From Gemmatimonadota bacterium (GTDB taxonomy: Bacteria > Gemmatimonadota > Gemmatimonadetes > Longimicrobiales > RSA9), in assembly GCA_047459275.1 (NCBI GenBank), contig VSDC01000001.1, positions 1 through 38,679 of the forward strand: a stretch of DNA of 38,679 nucleotides, given 5' to 3'. Shown piece by piece: positions 34,916 to 38,679 of this stretch. The notes under the pieces are model-generated. The model was given only the letters and a program-made list of their open reading frames with translations, did not search any database and had not been told where the DNA came from. Each line of letters begins with the position of its first letter. The first letter of the stretch is position 1. The position numbers were made by a program, and so were the translations under genes.

Positions 34916-36229
34916 TCACCGGTTCGGCCCGGCCGCGGCTCCGTGGCGCTTGAGGGGCATGGGCGAGCCCGCGGGTTTCGGGAGCCGGATCACGTCGTCG
35001 ATCGCGCCGCTCGCCACATCGATCACGACCAGCGTCATCGATGTCCCGTCATGCCAATCGCGCGGGGAAAAGCCGCTGGCGAAGAGGCAATTGGCGTAAC
35101 CGAACAGGGCGGTCACGGTGGGAACGCAGCGCGGGAAGGGGGTGTTTCGCGCGTCTTCCCGCATCCCTTCTTCGATGTCCTTCGGGCTCGCGCTTTCGAG
35201 GAGCTTCCGCGCAGCCTCACCTGCACTCACCACGTAACTGGCGTTGAACCATTTCGCACCGTGGATCCGGTCCTCCAGCGTGATCTCGACACGGTCTCCG
35301 GGCAAGCGGATAACGAGATCAGGGGCGCCGGAGAACCAGCGAACGGTAATGCTGCTCAAGTCTCGGTGGCCGATGGCGGACCACCCGTCGCCGGTGGTCC
35401 AGACCGGGCGACCGGAGTACAGCGGCTGGGCGTATAGCGGATATCCGCCCGGCACCGGGGCCGGCATCCACACGTCCGTCGCGGTTCCGGACACCGCCGC
35501 GAGGGTGTCCCGGACCGTTGCGTCCAGGCCGTACCGGATCAGATGGGCGGGCGGTGACGGAAAGCTTGTGGGCTGCCGAAGGTCTAGGCTGTCCAGCTCG
35601 TTGAACTGAATGAGATGGACGAACCCGCTGTCGCCGAGGGCCACGAGTCTGCGGGTGACGTCTTTCGGGCCGTGCTAATCGCGTGGGCCGTAGACGCTCG
35701 TGGTCGGTTGCCGATAAGGAATTCGAGGCCAATCTCCGGGTACCTGCGCGCCGCTCGTCGCGAGCACCTTGTCGGTCGTGTCGAACACGGTGAACGTCAG
35801 GCTCGGCGAGTCCTGCCGCGCCACCAGCACCCCGCCCACCGCCTCGAGCGCCCAGGGGGCCCTGAACTCGCCCGGGCCGTCGCCTTCGCGGCCAATGCGG
35901 CGAACCAGGGATCCGGCGGCGTCGAACAGCAGGATCTGCTTCTCCATGCGGTCGAAAACGGCGAACCGGCCGTCCGGGAGGACCGCGACGTCGGTCACGG
36001 ATCCGAACCACAAAGTGTCTTCACCGCCGATCCGCTGGTCCGATCGCAGCGATGTTGCCTCGACCGCGCCGGCCGCTACGTCTACGAGCGAGTGCGACAA
36101 CGTGAGGACCCGGGTGCCGTTCAGCTCCTCCACAAACCCGGTCAGCTCCCCGGTCCGGCGAGGCTCGCCCGAGCCGCAACCCGCAAGGACGCCGATCGCA
36201 AGGAGCCCTATCGCGCCATGCTTTCTCAT
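34916..36229 (-). pseudogene. 6-bladed beta-propeller family lipoprotein interrupted by one in-frame TAG
   Basis: ORFs 35675..36229 and 34916..35644 share one frame. They are separated only by TAG (35675-35677) plus 10 sense codons (HGPKDVTRRL). Lipobox GVLAGC, family-like GDGPGEF motif. No SD precedes the second part. Confidence 0.6.
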
Positions 36230-36861
36230 CGGCTTCGGTTTTCGAGTGCGTATTGGGTGACGTTCGGAAAGAGAGGGGCAGGGTACAGAGTCGTCGCCCC
36301 CTGTATGCTGCCCCCGAGAAAGTTACTCCGGTTCCGTTGCCGTCACAGTGAGCGGTCCGAGTCAACAAAGAGTTACCCGGTGTCGGAGCGCCTCCATATG
36401 TCCATAAATGAATGGAAGTTCAGGGTCTGTGGCTAGTAGGGAATGGTGGAATCAATACTACGGGGCTGCCATGCGACGCCATCGGAACGAATGATTGGCG
36501 CTGCGGCATCGAAGAACGAGCACCTCCATCATTGCTGCGCCACCCAGAGGCCGGCATGACGCACACCGGCAGCGCTGATCCGCTTGGTGAGACACTCTGC
36601 TTAAGCTTAACCGGCTCCTTACCAAATTGAGAATGGCGAGCACTAACTTGCTTCTCGGCGAAATCACAAGGGAGCCCTTTGGCGGAAAAATCGCCGGTCT
36701 CTCAAGAATGGATCGCGCGATCGGCGTCGACGGACGCCGAGGGCCGCTCGGAGTTGTCCGCGGTGGTAATCGGCACCGCAAGCAAGCGCAGAAAGAACAT
36801 CGCGTAAACCAACGCATCAGAGGAGGGAAGAGAGGTTGCTACAACGGGTTGCAGAAAAGTC

Positions 36862-36890
36862 TTGACGACTTTTTCAAGCCACATTATCCA
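36862..36890 (+). promoter_or_regulatory. Candidate promoter of the small peptide gene
   Basis: TTGACG (36862-36867), 17-nt spacer, TATCCA (36885-36890), about 88 nt upstream of ATG 36978. Confidence 0.35.
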
Positions 36891-36977
36891 TGGCCAAGCT
36901 CCGGCACCGGGCACAGCCCTTCATTTGGAGCAGTCCTCTTGTCCCATGTCCCTTTTCACCAGAAAGGAGGCAATGGT

Positions 36978-37115
36978 ATGAGAAGGACGAAGATGTTGCT
37001 CGGTGGGCTGGCAGCAGCCTCTGTCCTCGCCGTCCTCCCATTCACCACCACTTCTACGGCCCCCGTGGGTGTCAATGATGCATGTGCGCAGAGTGGTGCC
37101 TCCTGCTGTCCCTAG
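36978..37115 (+). CDS. Small secreted Cys-containing peptide (45 aa as written; 75 aa if TAG 37113 is read through)
   Basis: AAGGAGG (36964-36970) lies 7 nt before the ATG. Sequence MRRTKMLLGGLAAASVLAVLPFTTTSTAPVGVNDACAQSGASCCP*. The in-frame continuation is AGATCFYQGECSGWGPWKKCPDPIEKTNSY, ending at TAA 37206-37208. Confidence 0.55.
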   Translation: MRRTKMLLGGLAAASVLAVLPFTTTSTAPVGVNDACAQSGASCCP

Positions 37116-37249
37116 GCTGGGGCCACCTGCTTCTACCAGGGTGAGTGTTCCGGATGGGGACCGTGGAAGAAATGCCCTGACCCGATTGAGAAGACTAATT
37201 CGTACTAAGCGGGCAGTGGGGGGTGTGAAATCAAGCCCGAGTGATGTTG

Positions 37250-37286
37250 ATGGCTGCCAGGCTGGCGTACCTAGCCTGGCAGCCAT
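37250..37286 (+). terminator. Hairpin downstream of the peptide gene
   Basis: ATGGCTGCCAGGCT-N9-AGCCTGGCAGCCAT, a 14-bp perfect stem followed by TCTT. It lies 41 nt after the extended-frame TAA. Confidence 0.5.
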
Positions 37287-37455
37287 TCTTGCCCAATGTA
37301 TGCCCTCGGGTTTCGACGGCCCCGCGGGTAATATTATCAGCCTCCGTCAAAGTAGCGCAGCTCACTGGTAGGGGAGACTGATTGTCGATCCCCCTGGGGA
37401 TCGGCTGCGCTGTTATCACGAGATAGGCAGCTCGACCGCCAGATACGGGTGTGCT

Positions 37456-38568
37456 ATGTCAACGGGACGGTGGACTCTTCTATTGGCTTTGTTATTCTTC
37501 TTGGGGTGCAACGCCGATGCGTCGTCGACCCACTTCCCCGGCTACGGCCCGCCCCCTGACCAGGACCTGAGCTATGACGCCTTCCGGGTCGATACCGTCA
37601 CGGGCACCACCATCCTCGATTCGACCCATGTTGAAAATCCATATGACCTCGCCGTCTCGGCCGGCCGCCTATTCGTCCTCGAGCAGTACCCGCCACCTGT
37701 GCTACGGGTTGTAGAGATCGGGACGTGGAGAGTCGAGAGCCAGGCAGGCCGACAAGGCCAAGGTCCCGGTGAGGTGATGGTGCCTTGGCGGGTGTTTGTC
37801 GGACCGAACGGCGCTCCCTGGATATACGATTCAGGGCAACGTCGCATCGTCAGGCTTTATCAGATAGACACGACGGGGGCGCTTCGGCCGGATGAGGAGA
37901 CGATAAACCTGGAGTCCCCTTTCCCAATCAAATCCATAAGGTGGCTCACCGACACCACTCTGGTAGCCAACGGTTTCTTCGACGACGAGCGATTCGGCCT
38001 CTTCCGGGCGGATGGCAAGCTTCTCAAGCATTTTGGCGGAGTTCCCGAGTGGCCCGGACCGGTCGCGCTTCCCTTCCGCAACCACTTCAATGAGGTCGAG
38101 ATCGCGGTCCATCCGTCTCGTGAACTCTTCGTGGCTGCAAAGCGGCACACGAGCGAGATCGAAATCTTGGATTTCGACGGGAAGCTCAAGGTTCTCGTCA
38201 AGACACCCTTCGATTTCAGATCCAGTGTCAATATCACCTCGACCGGGCAGGGCTATGGTCTCAGCTGGGATTCAAGTTGGCGACAGGGGTACATCGACGT
38301 TGCCGCGACCGAGGATCGCATCTTCGCGCTCTTCTCGGGAAGGACGCTCGGACGGTACGGCAGCGATGCCGCGTACGGCGAGTACGTGCATGTTTTCGAC
38401 TGGGAGGGGGAATTACATCGCATCTTGCGGCTCGACATGGACGCCTTCGCACTCGCTGTAGAGAAGAATAACTCGGTATTCTACACGGTCAGCTATGACG
38501 ACGCTCGGCCTGTCGTCAGACGCTACGAACTCACTTCGTCGGGATCCCTGATTGTGCTGTCTCAGTAG
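37456..38568 (+). CDS. 6-bladed beta-propeller family lipoprotein (BF3164/DUF5128-like)
   Basis: 370 aa. Signal/lipobox LLLALLFFLGC, GQGPGEV motif, repeated blade-like strands (RLFVLEQ, RIVRLYQID, EIEILDFDG, RIFALFSG, VHVFDWEG, VFYTVSYDD). G+C is clearly lower than in the core genes. Confidence 0.7.
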   Translation: MSTGRWTLLLALLFFLGCNADASSTHFPGYGPPPDQDLSYDAFRVDTVTGTTILDSTHVENPYDLAVSAGRLFVLEQYPPPVLRVVEIGTWRVESQAGRQGQGPGEVMVPWRVFVGPNGAPWIYDSGQRRIVRLYQIDTTGALRPDEETINLESPFPIKSIRWLTDTTLVANGFFDDERFGLFRADGKLLKHFGGVPEWPGPVALPFRNHFNEVEIAVHPSRELFVAAKRHTSEIEILDFDGKLKVLVKTPFDFRSSVNITSTGQGYGLSWDSSWRQGYIDVAATEDRIFALFSGRTLGRYGSDAAYGEYVHVFDWEGELHRILRLDMDAFALAVEKNNSVFYTVSYDDARPVVRRYELTSSGSLIVLSQ

Positions 38569-38679
38569 GCGAATTCACGTACACACTGCGTTGTCCGTGC
38601 TTGCACCGGATATCAGCGTATCCCGGTGGAACATGTACACCTGGCAAACCTAGGCTGATATTTCACAAGGAGAGGACAT

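Noticed and set aside
35675-37115. Amber (TAG) recoding, pyrrolysine or an alternative genetic code as the explanation for the two in-frame TAG codons.
   Set aside because: TAG terminates several well-defined core genes in this window, each with the next gene starting immediately after (for example 4734-4736, 6311-6313 and 21367-21369). No pyl genes or suppressor tRNA are present. Pseudogenisation or sequence error is the simpler explanation.
1-38679. CRISPR arrays, rRNA or tRNA genes, IS elements, integrases, toxin-antitoxin pairs and known defence-system genes.
   Set aside because: I saw no spaced direct-repeat arrays, no GGTTCGA-type tRNA T-arms, no transposase, recombinase or nuclease/ATPase-like ORFs, and no terminal inverted repeats bracketing a gene. 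An absence judged by eye is not proof, so a tRNAscan/Infernal/ISfinder pass is still advisable.

Overview
38.7-kb high-GC bacterial chromosomal segment. Hand counts of 60-nt lines give about 65-72% G+C over most of the window. Both strands are densely coding, with GGAGG-type Shine-Dalgarno sites, many GTG/TTG starts and frequent ATGA or 3-5 nt gene junctions. The gene content (ECF sigma/anti-sigma followed by two DUF4097 genes, many TPR proteins and lipoproteins, 6-bladed beta-propeller lipoproteins) suggests a Gemmatimonadota/Acidobacteriota-like genome, but this is inference only. Recognisable genes are rho, a DEAD-box helicase, hemolysin-III, the ECF sigma module, two alpha/beta hydrolases, PBP2, a TPR operon, cytochrome c plus a degenerate cupredoxin, a LeuB-like dehydrogenase, pilT, thiolase, an SPFH protein, 3-hydroxybutyryl-CoA dehydrogenase, a CaCA antiporter and an NSS symporter. 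About 15 CDS cannot be assigned. I saw no rRNA, tRNA, CRISPR array, transposase or integrase. Four points most deserve follow-up. (1) A lower-GC island runs from about 36.24 kb to the window end. It carries a 45-codon secreted Cys-rich peptide gene with its own promoter and SD. Its in-frame TAG is followed by 30 more sense codons, which would give a 6-Cys product. Two 6-bladed beta-propeller lipoprotein genes flank it, and one of them is also split by a single in-frame TAG. (2) An ORF-free, heavily structured region lies at 28.97-29.53 kb. A near-consensus promoter and the best intrinsic terminator in the window delimit a ~77-nt RNA there. Upstream helices have non-Watson-Crick pairs that are valid (G-U) only on the minus strand. 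(3) A double zinc-ribbon gene is translationally coupled to a PBP2 gene that has no mreBCD/rodA nearby. (4) A cupredoxin-like gene lacking three of the four type-1 copper ligands is coupled to a c-type cytochrome.
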